DNA of 64,000 bases, taken from the NCBI GenBank assembly GCA_964016885.1, contig OZ024743.1, positions 267,840,001-267,904,000 on the forward strand, written 5' to 3'. The notes beneath the pieces are model-generated. The model was given only the letters and a program-made list of their open reading frames with translations, searched no databases and was not told the origin of the DNA. Within the stretch, counting starts at the first letter, position 1; the number at the start of each line of letters is the position of its first letter. This document shows, piece after piece, positions 38,313 through 51,344 of this stretch. The DNA is from Eledone cirrhosa. Taxonomy: Eukaryota. A program made the position numbers and the translations under genes.

Positions 38313-38337
38313 CAATAAGCAATAATGATGATAATGA

Positions 38338-38402
38338 TTTCTTTATTAACCACAAAGGGTTTAAATCAAGAAAACCACTATGACAGTGGAGGACAAACAC
38401 AG
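38338..38402 (-). mobile_element. Short Tx1-like 3' end
   Basis: Minus strand ends AACCCTTTGTGGTTAATAAAGAAA, matching the 3' ends of the full copies. Confidence 0.65.
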
Positions 38403-38470
38403 TGTGTGTGTGGTTGTGTATGGTAGTAGTAGTAATAATAATAATAATAATAATAATTATTATTATTATT

Positions 38471-38993
38471 ACAGTTGCATTTATCTTGCTTTATGTTCAT
38501 ACGAGATATCACCAAGTCACAACCAGTGACCTCAAGAGACAACAAAGTACGCCATGTTCAAGAAAGAACATACATACACACATGCATGGTTTTTAGACCA
38601 GTGATGTACTTATATTGACAGAATCTTCCTTAGTATATGGGCAGTTCCCATTAGTACTATCTTTTTGTATTTCTCCTATACGCGGGCTTCCTGGGATTTG
38701 CGATAAGTATTCATTAGACCCCCTAAATATCATTCCTAGAGCGCCTACAACCACTGGTATTGTTTTAGTTCTCAATTTCCACATTTTTCCAATTTCTACC
38801 TCCAGGTCCTTATACTTGCTCAATTTTTCAAATGTTTTTATACACAACATTCTTGTCTATTGAAACGGACATATCAATTAGCAGGCATACCCTCTTTTTA
38901 AAGTCCTATAGTATTATATCAGGTCTATTTGCATCTATTTTTCGGTCTGTTTGGATGCTAAAGTTCCACAAGATTGAGATGTGATAATTTCAA
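38471..38993 (-). mobile_element. 5'-truncated Dong/R4-type RLE retrotransposon, family B
   Basis: KLSKYKDLEVEIGKMWKLRTKTIPVVVGALG; same 3'UTR as 62320-62460; (TAA)n flanks. Confidence 0.9.
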
Positions 38994-39012
38994 TATTATT
39001 ATTATTATTATT

Positions 39013-39264
39013 ACATTTGCATTTATCTTGCTTTATGTTCATACGAGTTATCACCAAGTCACAACCAGTGACCTCAAGAGACAACAAGGTCCGCCATGTT
39101 CAAGAAAGAACATACATATTCACACATGCATCTTTAGTGTTTAGACTTGTGATGTACTTATATTGACAGAATCTTCCTTAGTATTTGGGTAGTTCCCATT
39201 AGTACTATCTTTTGTATTTCTCCTATACGCGGGTTTCCTGGGATTTGCGATAAGTAATCATTAG
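39013..39264 (-). mobile_element. 5'-truncated Dong/R4-type family B 3' end
   Basis: Second copy of the same 3' end between (TTA)n tracts. Confidence 0.88.
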
Positions 39265-39499
39265 TATTATTATTATTATTATTATTATTAGGCGACCTAC
39301 GTAGTAAATCGTATCATCGTGAGCTCCGCAAAGGTTTGTTATTTCCGTTTGTTAAAAATTGCCATTTATAGAAATTTTTTATTGTTAACCATATATAACG
39401 CACATACATTGTTTTCCGAAAAGGACACCCAAAAAGATTGGGGCCTTGTGCCCAAAATTTAAACTTTTATTATTATCAAAAAATTTCTTTGAAAAAAAA

Positions 39500-41461
39500 A
39501 TGGCTAATTCACCTCTGCACCAAGCAGCTGAAAGCCTTCCTCACAAATTAACACCTCACACCGACACCACCATTGTAAATGTTACTACGTTTGCCAACAC
39601 TACAAAACAATATAAGCAGTAGCAATATTTTAAATTTGTCTCAGGCAGACATTCATTTCCCGCCATTACCAATGACTGCAGGTGTTAAAGCCTCCACCAC
39701 CACCACCATCACCGCGACAACAGAAACAAAAGAAGAAAAAAATAAATTAACTCGTGATGTCGAAATGAAATCAAGCAAAATGGACTCTTCCCCACCAAAG
39801 ACGACTGACGTCACCACCACCACAACTGAAACTAAAATTAATATTAACACAAATAACGATAGCAATAACAACAACAATGACATTATAAAAACCTCCCTCA
39901 GTTTCGCCAGAGTAGCAAAACAGTTCGAAGCATTTACGGTAACTCAGGAAGATGTAGAAAATGCCAAACAAATGGTAAAGAAAGATGGGTACAGGGTCAG
40001 CCTCACCCCCACCTAATAAAATGGAGCATCGGCGCCTATGCACCGTGTCGTATCGAACAATAAATGTAAAATCGCGCCGAGTGGAACGGGCATCCGAGTC
40101 CCAAATCCAAAAAGCTTTGGGACATGTGTGGGGAAGAAAAACCCACATCAGACGTGGGCAAAAGTATGGGACTGTGGACGTGTTCTTTGAAACACCAGAG
40201 GAGGCTAGAGAACACTCCATTAAGAAGTGACGACTTCACACTCGTCCCAAGCTATTGTGGCCAGAGACTCGTAAAGATCAGGATGACCCACGGTCCACCG
40301 GCCATCGAAATTCCCTGGCTAATAGCGGCCGTCCTCGCCGGCATCGAAGCCAACACAAACATAATAGCAATAGGAAAAGAAAAGCAGGAGAACTGGTCCG
40401 GATCTGGGATGGAGCTCCTGATCCAAGCGGACCAAAAAAGCATTGAGGAGATCCCAGAGGTAATAGACCTCACTGACGGCAGCCACCTCACGGTAATTGT
40501 CGAGGGCAGAAGACCTAGGTGTGTCGTTTGTGGTGAAGGAACCCACCTAAGGGCTTTCTGCCCTCAGGCTAAAAGGTTGAGGCCACCTCTCCTACCCACC
40601 CCAGTGACACAACCATCAACACCACCAGTAGTAGAGATGGCAGCAACAACTGTAGCAGCAACAACAGAAGCAACTATAACAGCAACAACCCCAGCAACAG
40701 TAGCAAAACCAACACCACCACCACCACAAGCAGCAAAACCAACACCACCACCCCCCAACGCTTCAGAACTAGCACCAGCGCCTACACCATCCACCACGCC
40801 ACAACTAAATCTAACGCCTGTGGAGGATTTTCCACTCCCCGGCCTATCACAACTGGAGACAGATTGTGACGACGAGGAGTGGGAAACGATATCCGGAAAA
40901 AAAAAGAAACCTAAAAGAAAAACTTCTCTTCCTTCCCCCTCCAAAAACAAAATACAGAGGGAAACAAATAAACTAAGAAACAAAAAAGTTAGGACAGATA
41001 TGCCACCATCCACACCAGCATCACCAACCCCATCAACCCAAACACCAACACCATCACCATCATTAACCCCAACACCACCATCACCTACACCACAAAAGCC
41101 ACCAAAATGCGAAACAGAAACAAACCCACAACAAACGCAAACAAAACAAAACAACCAAAACGATACACACTACACAGCATTAAATTTTAACAACAAGCAA
41201 TTATTACACTACATCCAACACAACACCAGCATCACAGAAAAAGACTACACAACAACCCCAAAATTCACACCACCTCCACACATACAAATCACTCGCATCA
41301 CACAGAAAACGTACATGACACTAAAAAAAAAATTCCCCAAAGACATCGGAGACTTCCGACAAGCTCTCTCCAGGAGGATTTATAAGGACATCCTTCCTGA
41401 GGAGGCCACAAGCAGTGAAAAGGATGGAAAAACCGTCCTTCCCCTACGAGAAGTAAGGTAA
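39500..41461 (+). pseudogene. Tx1 copy A ORF1 (RRM-like + CCHC knuckle + Pro/Thr-rich tail), frameshifted
   Basis: YGTVDVFFETPEEA; CVVCGEGTHLRAFC (Cx2Cx4Hx4C). Confidence 0.85.
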
Positions 41462-41495
41462 GTGGTCTTTCCCATCTTTTCCACTCCTTTTCAAC

Positions 41496-44400
41496 ATGAC
41501 CTCACTCAGAATAGGCAGCATAAATGCGCGTGGCTTGGGGTCGTCATGGAAGCAGGGTCACCTGCTCAACGACCTCAGGTCACTAAACATAGATGTAGTG
41601 GCCATCAGCGAGACCTGAATCTCCGAAGCAAAGGCTTTCACACCGATCTTCGTCGGCTACGATGTGTACGCATCTCCCAGCCGTCCGGGATCGGGGGAGG
41701 AGTTGCTGTGCTATTTCGGAGAGGTTTGGAACTTGCCATACGGGCCATCTTCCTGGACCCAGAAGGTAAGTTGGTGGTGCTGGACGTAACCAGCGGAGAC
41801 GGGAAAGCTTTCAGGTTAGTGGCCGTCTATGCCCCGACAGGAGCAAGGCGGCCTGATTTCTTCCGGCGTCTGGAGACCTTTCTTGGAACGTCCCGCTCTT
41901 TAGTGTTAGTGGGCGACTGGAACGGGATCTTAGATACACGCTGGGATTGTGTGGGATTAGTGGATAGGGAAGGAGGGTGCAAGAGTCTCACCAACATGCT
42001 CAGACGTTTTGAACTGTCTGACAGGTACCGAATGGATTTCCCGAATGTACCAATGTGGACTTGGACAAATCGCATAGGGTCATCCAGATCATATCTAGAT
42101 AGAGTATTTTGTAGGGAAATAGATAGGTCTAGCATAGGTTGTCCACAATTCAAGATAGTCAGCTACACGGACCACAAATTCGTGATCTGTGTGCTTGACT
42201 TAGATAGGCTTCATAGACGAGGACCCGGCTACTGGAAGCTAAACGCGTCCTTACCAGCGCGCAAGGCCTACAGAGACCGGATTAGCGAACTAGTTAAGCG
42301 GGCGTTGACGGGGGCCATCGTCAACAACAAGTGGTGGTTTGCTCTGAAAAGAGCAATTAGAATAGAGTCCATTAGGTTTAGTAAGACTTTAGCAATAGAG
42401 AAAAATAGAGCAGAGGGAGAATTAGTTAGAAAATTAGATGAGGCGCTTAGCAAAGGCATCGCGACCGACATGCTTGCGGCGAAATTGGCCCTTGACCAAT
42501 TCTTCAATGCAAAGCACGAAGGCTGCGTTGTCAGAGCTAGGGTGCGTGCTCTCAGACACGAGGGGACGAAAGCCGTTCAATGGGCCCAAGTGGCGGAGGC
42601 GCGTCGTGGCAACAAATCCACGATCCGGTCTTTGGTGGACCACGACGGGCGCATGCTACTCGATCCCGGGCAAATGTGTGAAGCTTTTCAGCGACACTTC
42701 GCTCAACTGTTCGGGGGCAGTGGCGGGCCGGATCGAGGGATGGACTTTAGTGTCTTCCTCGAAGGAATGCCGCGGCTTTCGGCCACTGAGGCGGAGTGTT
42801 GCGAAAAGCCGATAACAACCGCTGAAGTACGGGATGCAATGACTAGTTGCACAAGGGGTAAATCGCCTGGTTTTGATGGTCTGCCCTATGAACTTTACGT
42901 ACAAATGCCAGACTTGTTCGGAGGCCTCTTGGCGGATGTCTACTGCAACTGGCAACAGAACGGGAGAATTCCCAGCTCTGTGAGCTGAGGAGCCGTGGCG
43001 CTGCTGAGAAAGGATCCGAACAAGGGGGATAACATAGATCATTTTAGGCCCATAACTCTGCTAAACACAGAGTTCAAGATTTTGGCCAAGGTGCTAGCAA
43101 AGAGGTTGGCGCTTGTCGTTGGTGGTCTGGTGGGAGAGGCACAGACATGCGCCATTCCCGACAGATCCATCCACGACAACCTCCACCTCATGCGATACAT
43201 CGTAGAGAGGGTAGCTAGGGAACCTGGCACGGGTGGGTCTTTGATCAATTTAGATCAGTCGAAAGCCTTCGATAGGTTCGACCATCGTTACCTAGCGGCA
43301 GTCCTGAGGGCGGCTGGATTTGGGCCCGTCTTCAGAGGCTGGATCGCTGCCATGCACAGCGACATCTGCTCTGTAGTGAGAGTGAACGGTCACCTTTCGG
43401 AACCGTTCAACATCATGCGCTCGGTCCGCCAAGGATGTCCCCTCTCGTCCATATTGTACGTATTGACTCTCGAGCCATTACTGCACAAACTGGAGACGTT
43501 GAGGGGGGGTCCCACGCGAACTAGGATGCGGAAGATCCGTGTCAGCATATGCCAACGATGTCACCGTAGTGGTGTCGAACGCCAAACACGTCGACGCGAT
43601 CGGCACTACACTAAGAGAATACGAAGCGGTGACAGGAGCAATGATCAACCAGGAAAAGTCAGTGGGCCTGCAGCTCGGCACCTGGAGAGGCAGATCCATG
43701 CCGTCCAACAGCGTCGTCGGATGCTGGACGGACGGACCGGTTAAATTGCTAGGGGTCAGGTTCGGTCCAGACCTCCAGACGGACAAAAACTGGGACGAGG
43801 TGACGAGCAGGGTGGCTTCTCTCACCCAGAAATGGGCCGAGAGGAAGCTATCCCTGAAAGGTCGAGCGGAGGTGGCTAACGCGTACATCGCGTCCGTCAT
43901 CTACTACCGCCTGACCGTCGTACCTTGTCCTAAGCCCCGCCTGACTGCGCTGGATTGTTTGCTCTTTCGTTTCTTGTGGAAGGAACGCGCTCCGATGGTC
44001 AGGCGGTCCATCTGCTGCCAACCCCCGCTACGTGGAGGGCTGGGCATGCCGTGGCTGATGATGCGCAGACACGCGCTCAGGCTACGACATCTCCACCTCT
44101 TCCTCGACGGTGATTAGGTGTGGTCGCCGTTTGCTAGACACGTTTTTCCCCAGCTCGTCTCCTTGACGGAGCTGCAGTCCTGGGTCAAGCGTAGACCGAG
44201 AGGGAGCGCTTGGAGACTGGAATGTCTTCAGGCGCTCACAGCCCTCGACCAATCGGGCAATGTGATCGGTGGAAACTCCACCTTGGCGTTCTATAGGGGA
44301 TTAGTGGAGGGGTAGAGCGACGACGTACTTGGAGAACTCTAGGCGTCGACAAAAATCAACTAGCCAATCTCTTCGGAAGGACTTTCGGGCCGGGGCCTAT

Positions 44401-44914
44401 GGACAACTTCCAGAAATCCCTGGCCTGGCAGTGCTACAGGGGTGCTTTGCCAGTTCGGGATAAACTTTACAGGCATGGAGGTGCCGTCAGCCGGGCATGT
44501 CCGAGATGCGCACAAGGCGACGAAACCGTCCTGCACGCACTCGTCCAGTGTCCGAGCATTGCTGACTTGTGGGTTTATGTCGAACACCTGCTGTCACGTG
44601 TAGGACGGATCCAGCTATCAGCTGAGTCCATCGTGAGGATTGCCCCGCCCTCTTCCTTTAGCCGGGAAGGGCAGGCAGTTTTTATCTGTCTGGTGGCCAT
44701 GGCGAAAGAGATAGTATGGTGGACACGTTTGAAAGCGCTGAAGACGAGCACTTACCTCTTCGGTGATGCCCTGATTAACTTTTTCAAATTTCATCTGAAA
44801 AGGAAAATCAGGGTAGAGAGGGAAGTGCTCTCTTCCCAGCATTTTGTTGAAAGATGGGTGAGAGAAGCAAGTATGGCCCGAATGAATGGGCCTTCTCTGA
44901 GTATGTGTCTGTAA
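41496..44914 (+). pseudogene. Tx1 copy A ORF2 (APE endonuclease, RT, C-terminal Cys/His finger), with frameshifts and stops
   Basis: VYAP, GDWN, SYLDR, TDH; KSPGFDG, RPITLLN, DQSKAFD, VRQGCPLS, YAND; CPRC..ETVLHALVQC. Confidence 0.92.
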
Positions 44915-45156
44915 ATTAAAGGTGGAAAACTTGGAGAGGGCACTTGCCCTGGTGGTCAGGGCCACTGTGGTCTTTTAATGGGCTTTCTCCACAAATGTCC
45001 CTTGGAAGTCTCCCCCCTATTGGGGAATTTTTCTTTGTTATTTTATTTCAACCTCTGTTTTTTTACACGCAGAAATGCCCATTTGTACCGTCCTGTATTG
45101 TCCTGTACTGTCCTTAATGTCTACTTTATGTGAACCCTTGTGGTTAATAAAGAAAA

Positions 45157-45196
<40 letters not shown>

Positions 45197-45410
45197 ATTA
45201 TTGGCGACCTACGTAGTAAATCGTATCATCGTGAGCTCCGCAAAGGTTTGTTATCTCCGTTTGTTAAAAATTGCCATTTATGGAAAATTTTATTGTTAAC
45301 TGTTTATAAGCACACATACATTGTTTTCCGAAAAGGACACCCAAAAAGATTGGGGTCTTGTGCCCAAAATTTTAACTTTTATTATTATCAAAAAATTTCT
45401 TTGAAAAAAA

Positions 45411-47395
45411 ATGGCTACTTCACCTCTGCACGAAGCAGCTGAAAGCCTTCCTCACAAAATAACACCTCACACCGACACCACCATTGTAAATGTTACTACG
45501 TTTGCCAACACAAAAAAAAATATAAGCAGTAGCAATATTTTAAATTTGTCTCAGGCAGACATTCATTTCCCGCCATTACCAATGACTGCAGGTGTTAAAG
45601 CCTCCACCACCACCACCACCGCGACAACCACCACCACCACCACCACCACCGCGACAACAGAAACAAAAGAAGAAAAAAAAATAAATTAACTCGTGATGTC
45701 GAAATGAAATCAAGCAAAATGGACTCTTCCCCACCAAAGACGACTGACGTCACCACCACCACAACTGAAACTAAAATTAATATTAACGATAGCAACAACA
45801 ACAACAATGACATTATAACCCCCCCCCCAGTTTCGCCAGAGTAGCAAAACAATTCGAAGCATTTATGGTAACTCAGGAAGATTTAGAAAATGCCAAACAA
45901 ATGGTAAAGAAAGATGGGTACAGGGTCAGCCTCACGCCCCCACCTAATAAAATGGAACATCGGCGCCTATGCACCGTGTCGTATAGAACAATAAATGTAA
46001 AATCGTGTCGAGTGGAACGGGCATCCGAGTCCCAAATCCAAAAACTTTGGGACATGTGTGGGCAAGAAAAACCCACATCAGACGTGGGCAAAAGTATGGA
46101 ACCGTGGATGTGTTCTTTGAAACACCAGAGGAGGCTAGAGAACACTCCATGGCCCCATTAAAAAGTGACGACTTCACACTCGTCCCAAGCTATTGTGGCC
46201 AGAGACTCGTAAAGATCAGGGTGACCCACGTTCCACCGGCCATCGAAATTCCCTGGCTAATAGCGGCCGTCCTCGCCGGCATCGAAGCCAACACAAAAAT
46301 AATAGCAATAGCAAAAGAAAAGCAGGAAAACTGGTCCGGATCTGGGATGGAGCTCCTAATCCAAGCGGACCAAAAAAGCATTGAGGAGATCCCAGTGGTA
46401 ATAGACCTCACTGACGGCAGCCACCTCACGGTAATTGTCGAGGGCAGAAGACCTAGGTGTGTCGTTTGTGGTGAAGGAACCCACCTAAGGGCTTTCTGCC
46501 CTCAGGCTAAAAGGTTGAGGCCACCTCTCCTACCCACCCCAGTGACACAACCATCAACACCACCAGTAGCAGAGATGGCAGCAACAACTGTAGCAGCAAC
46601 AACAGAAGCAACTATAACAGCAACAACCCCAGCAACAGTAGCAAAACCAACACCACTACCACCACCAGCAAAACCAACACCACCATCACCCAACGCTTCA
46701 GAACTATCACCAGCGCCTACACCATCCACCACACCACAACCAAAACTAACGGCTGTGGAGGATTTTCCACTCCCCGGCCTATCACAACTGGAGACAGATT
46801 GTGACGACGAGGAGTGGGAAACGATATCCGGAAAAAAAAAAGAAACCAAAAAAGAAAAACTTCTCTTCCTTCCCCCTCCAAAAACAAAATACAGAGGGAA
46901 ACAAATAAACTAAGAAACAAAAAAGTTAGGACAGATATGCCACCATCCACACCAGCATCACCAACCCCATCAACCAAAACACCAACACCATCACCATCAT
47001 TAACTCCAACACCACCATCACCTACACCACAAAAGTCACCAAAATGCGAAACAGAAACAAACCCACAACAAACGCAAAAAAAAACAAAACAACCAAAACG
47101 ATACACACTACACAGCATTAAATTTGAACAAGCAATTATTACACTACATCCAACACAACACCAGCATCACAGAAAAAGACTACACAACAACCCCAAAATT
47201 CACACCACCTCCACACATACAAATCACTCGCATCACACAGAAAACGTACATAACACTAAAACAAAAATCCCCAAAGACATCGGAGACTTCCGACAAGCAC
47301 TCTCCAGGAGGATTTATAAGGACATCCTTCCTGAGGAGGCCACAAGCAGTGAAAAGGATGGAAAAACCGTCCTTCCCCTACGAGAAGTAAGGTAA
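45411..47395 (+). pseudogene. Tx1 copy B ORF1, frameshifted
   Basis: ORF pieces 45411, 45865, 46005, 46814, 47124; CCHC knuckle present. Confidence 0.85.
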
Positions 47396-47429
47396 GTGGT
47401 CTTTCCCATCTTTTCCACTCCTTTTCAAC

Positions 47430-50400
47430 ATGACCTCACTCAGAATAGGCAGCATAAATGCGCGTGGCTTGGGGTCGTCATGGAAGCAGGGCCACCTGCT
47501 CAACGACCTCAGGTCACTAAACATAGATGTAGTGGCCATCAGCGAGACCAGAATCTCCGAAGCACAGGCTTTCGCACCGATCGTCGGCAGCTACGATGTG
47601 TACGCATCTCCCAGCCGTCCGGGATCGGGGAGAAGAGTTGCTGTGCTTTTTCGGAGAGGTTTGGATCTTGCCATACGGGCCATCTTCCTGGACCCAGAAG
47701 GTAAGTTGGTGGTGCTGGACGTGACCAGCGGAGACGGGCAAGCTTTCAGGTTAGTGGCCGTCTATGCCCCGACAGAAGCAGGGCGGCCTGATTTCTTCCG
47801 GCGTCTGGAGACCTTTCTTGGAACGTCCCGCTCTTTAGTGTTAGTGGGCGACTGGAACGGGATCTTAGATGCACGCTGGGATTGTGTGAGATTAATAGAT
47901 AGGGGAAGAGGGTACAAGAGTCTCACCAACCTGCTCAGACGTTTTGAACTGTCTGACAGGTACCGAATGGATTTCCCGAATGTACCAATGTGGACTTGGA
48001 CAAATCGCACAGGGTCATCCAGATCATATCTAGATAGAGTATTTTGTAGGGAAATAGATAGGTCTAGCATAGGCTGTCCACAATTCAAGATAGTCAGCTA
48101 CACGGACCACAAATTCGTGATCTGTGTGCTTGACTTAGATAGGCTTCATAGGCGAGGACCCGGCTACTGGAAGCTAAACGCGTCCTTACCAGCGCGCAAG
48201 GCCTACAGAGACCGGATTAGCGAACTAGTTAAGCGGGCGTTGACGGGGGCCATCGTCAACAACAAGTGGTGGTTTGCTCTGAAAAGAGCAATTAGAATAG
48301 AGTCCATTAGGTTTAGTAAGACTTTAGCAATAGAGAAAAATAGAGCAGAGGGAGAACTAGTTAGAAAATTAGAAGAGGGGCTTAGCAAAGGCATCGCGAC
48401 CGACGTACTTGCGGCGAAATTGGCCCTTGACCAATTCTTCAATGCAAAGCACGAAGGCTGCGTTGTCAGAGCTAGGGTGCGTGCTCTCAGACACGAGGGG
48501 ACGAAAGCCGTTCAATGGGCCCGATTGGCGGAGGCGCGTCGTGGCAACAAATCCACGATCCGGTCTTTGGTGGACCACGACGGGCGCATGCTACTCGATC
48601 CCGGGCAAATGTGTGAAGCTTTTCAGCGACACTTCGCTCAACTGTTCGGGGGCAGTGGCGGGCCGGATCGAGGGATGGACTTTAGTGTCTACCTCGACGG
48701 ACTGCCGCGGCTTTCGGCCACTGAGGCGGAGTGTTGCGAAAAGCCGATAACAACCGCTGAAGTACGGAATGCAATGACTAGTTGCACAAGGGGTAAATCG
48801 CCTGGTTTGGATGGTCTGCCCTATGAACTTTACGTACAAATGCCAAACTTGTTCGGAGGCCTTTGGCGGACGTCTACTGCAACTGGCAACAGAACGGGAG
48901 AATTCCCAGCTCTGTGAGCCGAGGAGCGGTGGCGCTGCTGAGAAAGGATCCGAACAAGGGGGATAACATAGATAATTTTAGGCCCATAACTCTGCTAAAC
49001 ACAGAGTTCAAGATTTTGGCCAAGGTGCTAGCAAAGAGGTTGGCGCTTGTCGTTGGTGATCTGGTGGGAGAGGCACAGACATGCGCCATTCCCGACAGAT
49101 CCATCCACGACAACCTCCACCTCATGCGATACATCGTAGAGAGGGTAGCTAGGGAACCTGGCGAGGGTGGGTCTTTGATCAATTTAGATCAATCGAAAGC
49201 CTTCGATAGGGTCGACCATCGTTACCTAGCGGCAGTCCTGAGGGCGGCTGGCTTTGGGCCCGTCTTCAGAGGCTGGATCGCTGCCATGCACAGCGACATC
49301 TGCTCTGTAGTGAGAGTGAACGGTCACCTTTCGGAACCGTTCAACATCATGCGCTCGGTCCGCCAAGGATGTCCCCTCTCGTCCCTATTGTACGTATTGA
49401 CTCTCGAGCCATTACTGCACAAACTGGAGACGTTGAGGGGGGGTCCCACGCGAACTAGGATGCGGAAGATCCGTGTCAGCATATGCCAACGATGTCACCG
49501 TAGTGGTGTCGAACGCCAAACACATCGAGGCGATCGGCACTACACTAAGAGAATACGAAGCGGTGACAGGAGCAATGATCAACCAGGAAAAGTCAGTGGG
49601 CCTGCAGCTCGGCACCTGAAGAGGCAGGTCCATGCCGTCCAACAGCGTCGTCGGGCGCTGGACGGACGGACCGGTTAAATTGTTAGGGGTCTGGTTCGGT
49701 CCAGACCTCCAGACGGACAAAAACTGGGACGAGGTGACGAGCAGGGTGGCTTCTCTCACCCAGAAATGGGCCGAGAGGAAGCTATCCCTGAAAGGTCGAG
49801 CGGAGGTGGCGAATGCGTACATCGCATCTGTCATCTACTACCGCCTGTCCGTCGTACCTTGTCCTAAGCCCCGCCTGACTCACTGGAGCGTTTGCTGTTT
49901 CGCTTCTTGTGGAAGGGACGCGCTTCGATGGTCAGCCCGTCCATCTGCTGTCAACACCCGCTACGTGGAGGGCTGGGCATGCCGTGGCTGATGATGCGCT
50001 GACACGCGCTCAGGCTACGACATCTCCACCTCTTCCTCGACGTTGATCATGTGTGGTCGCCGTTTGCTAGACGCGTTTTTCCCCAGCTCGTCTCCTTGAC
50101 GGAGCTGCAGTCCTGGGTCAAGCGAAGACCGAGAGGGAGCGCTTGGAGACTGGAATGTCTTCATGCGCTCACAGCCCTCGACCAATCGGGAAATGTGATC
50201 GGTGGAAACTCCACCTTGGCGTTCTATAGGGGATTAGTCGAGGGGTAGAGCGACGACGTACTTGGAGAAAATCTAGGCGTCGACGAAAATCAACTAGCCA
50301 ATCTCTTCGGAAGGACTTTCGGGCCGGGGCCTATGGACAACTTCCAGAAATCCCTGGCCTGGCAGTGCTACCGAGGAGCTTTGCCAGTTCGGGATAAACT

Positions 50401-50848
50401 CTACAGGCATGGAGGTGCCGTCAGCCGGGCATGTCCGAGATGCGCGCAGGGCGACGAAACCGTCCTGCACGCACTCGTCCAGTGTCCGAGCATTGCTGAC
50501 TTGTGGGTTTATGTCGAACATCTGCTGTCACGTGTAGGACGGATCCAGCTATCATCTGAGTCCATCGTGAGGATTGCCCCGCCCTCCTCCTTTAGCCGGG
50601 AGGGGCAGGCAGTTTTTATCTGTCTGGTGGCCATGGCGAAAGAGATAGTATGGTGGACACGTTTGAAAGGGCTGAAGACGAGCACTTACCTCTTCGGTGA
50701 TGCCCTGATTAACTTTTTCAAATTTCATTTGAAAAGGAAAATCAGGGTAGAGAGGGAAGTGCTCTCTTCCCAGCATTTTGTTGAAAGATGGGTGAGAGAA
50801 GCAAGTATGGCCCGAATGAATGGGCCTTCTCTGAGTATGTGTCTGTAA
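47430..50848 (+). pseudogene. Tx1 copy B ORF2 (APE-RT-zf), with frameshifts and stops
   Basis: MTSLRIGSINARGL..SET..GDWN..TDH; RT motifs as in copy A. Confidence 0.92.
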
Positions 50849-51123
50849 ATTAAAGGTGGAAAACTGGGAGAGGGCATTTGCCCTGGTGGTCAGGGCCACT
50901 GTGGTCTTTTAATGGGCTTTCTCCTCAAATGTCCCTGGGAAGTCTCCCCCCTATTGGGGAATTTTTCTTTGTTATTTTATTTCAACCTCCGTTTTTTTTT
51001 ACACGCAGAAATGCCCATTTGTACCGTCCTGTATTGTCCTGTACTGTCCTTAATGTCTACTTTATGTAAACCCTTGTGGTTAATAAAGAAAACATTATTA
51101 TTATTATTATTATTGTTGTTATT

Positions 51124-51318
51124 CCTTGAATCTCAGTCATTGATGTTGGTTAACTGGAAAGTCCGTTGGAATGAATATCAAGCCACTACCTGCAACCTCA
51201 GATATTCAGGACGTATCGGAGGGTTCTTGCTGTTCCAAGCAAGCATGCCTTTTGAAGCGTTCCAAAAAGCGTGAAGGGGCCAATTTTCTTTAACCATCCC
51301 TGGAAACTTTTGGAGATA
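51124..51318 (-). mobile_element. Short 3' end of Dong/R4-type family A
   Basis: Same 3'UTR as 51345; (TTA)n flanks. Confidence 0.85.
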
Positions 51319-51344
51319 TTATTATTATTATTATTATCATTATT

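Larger units (their letters stand above)
39291..45157 (+). mobile_element. Full-length but inactivated Tx1/L1-clade non-LTR retrotransposon, copy A
   Basis: 5'UTR, ORF1, APE-RT-zinc-finger ORF2 and an AATAAA 3' end; flanked by (TTA)n. Confidence 0.93.
45203..51093 (+). mobile_element. Full-length but inactivated Tx1/L1-clade element, copy B, head-to-tail with copy A
   Basis: Same 5' start GGCGACCTACGTAG and same 3' end as copy A; separated from it only by (TTA)n. Confidence 0.93.

Noticed and set aside
43495-43520. Programmed frameshift at the shared G7 run in RT
   Set aside because: It co-occurs with YAND and a shared stop codon, so inherited inactivation is simpler; homopolymer error is also possible.
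39291-51093. LTR retrotransposon, or an assembly duplication, explaining the two 5.9-kb direct repeats
   Set aside because: The repeats are whole APE-RT non-LTR elements with no integrase or protease. Many private substitutions and indels argue against a simple duplicate assembly, though haplotype stacking is not fully excluded.
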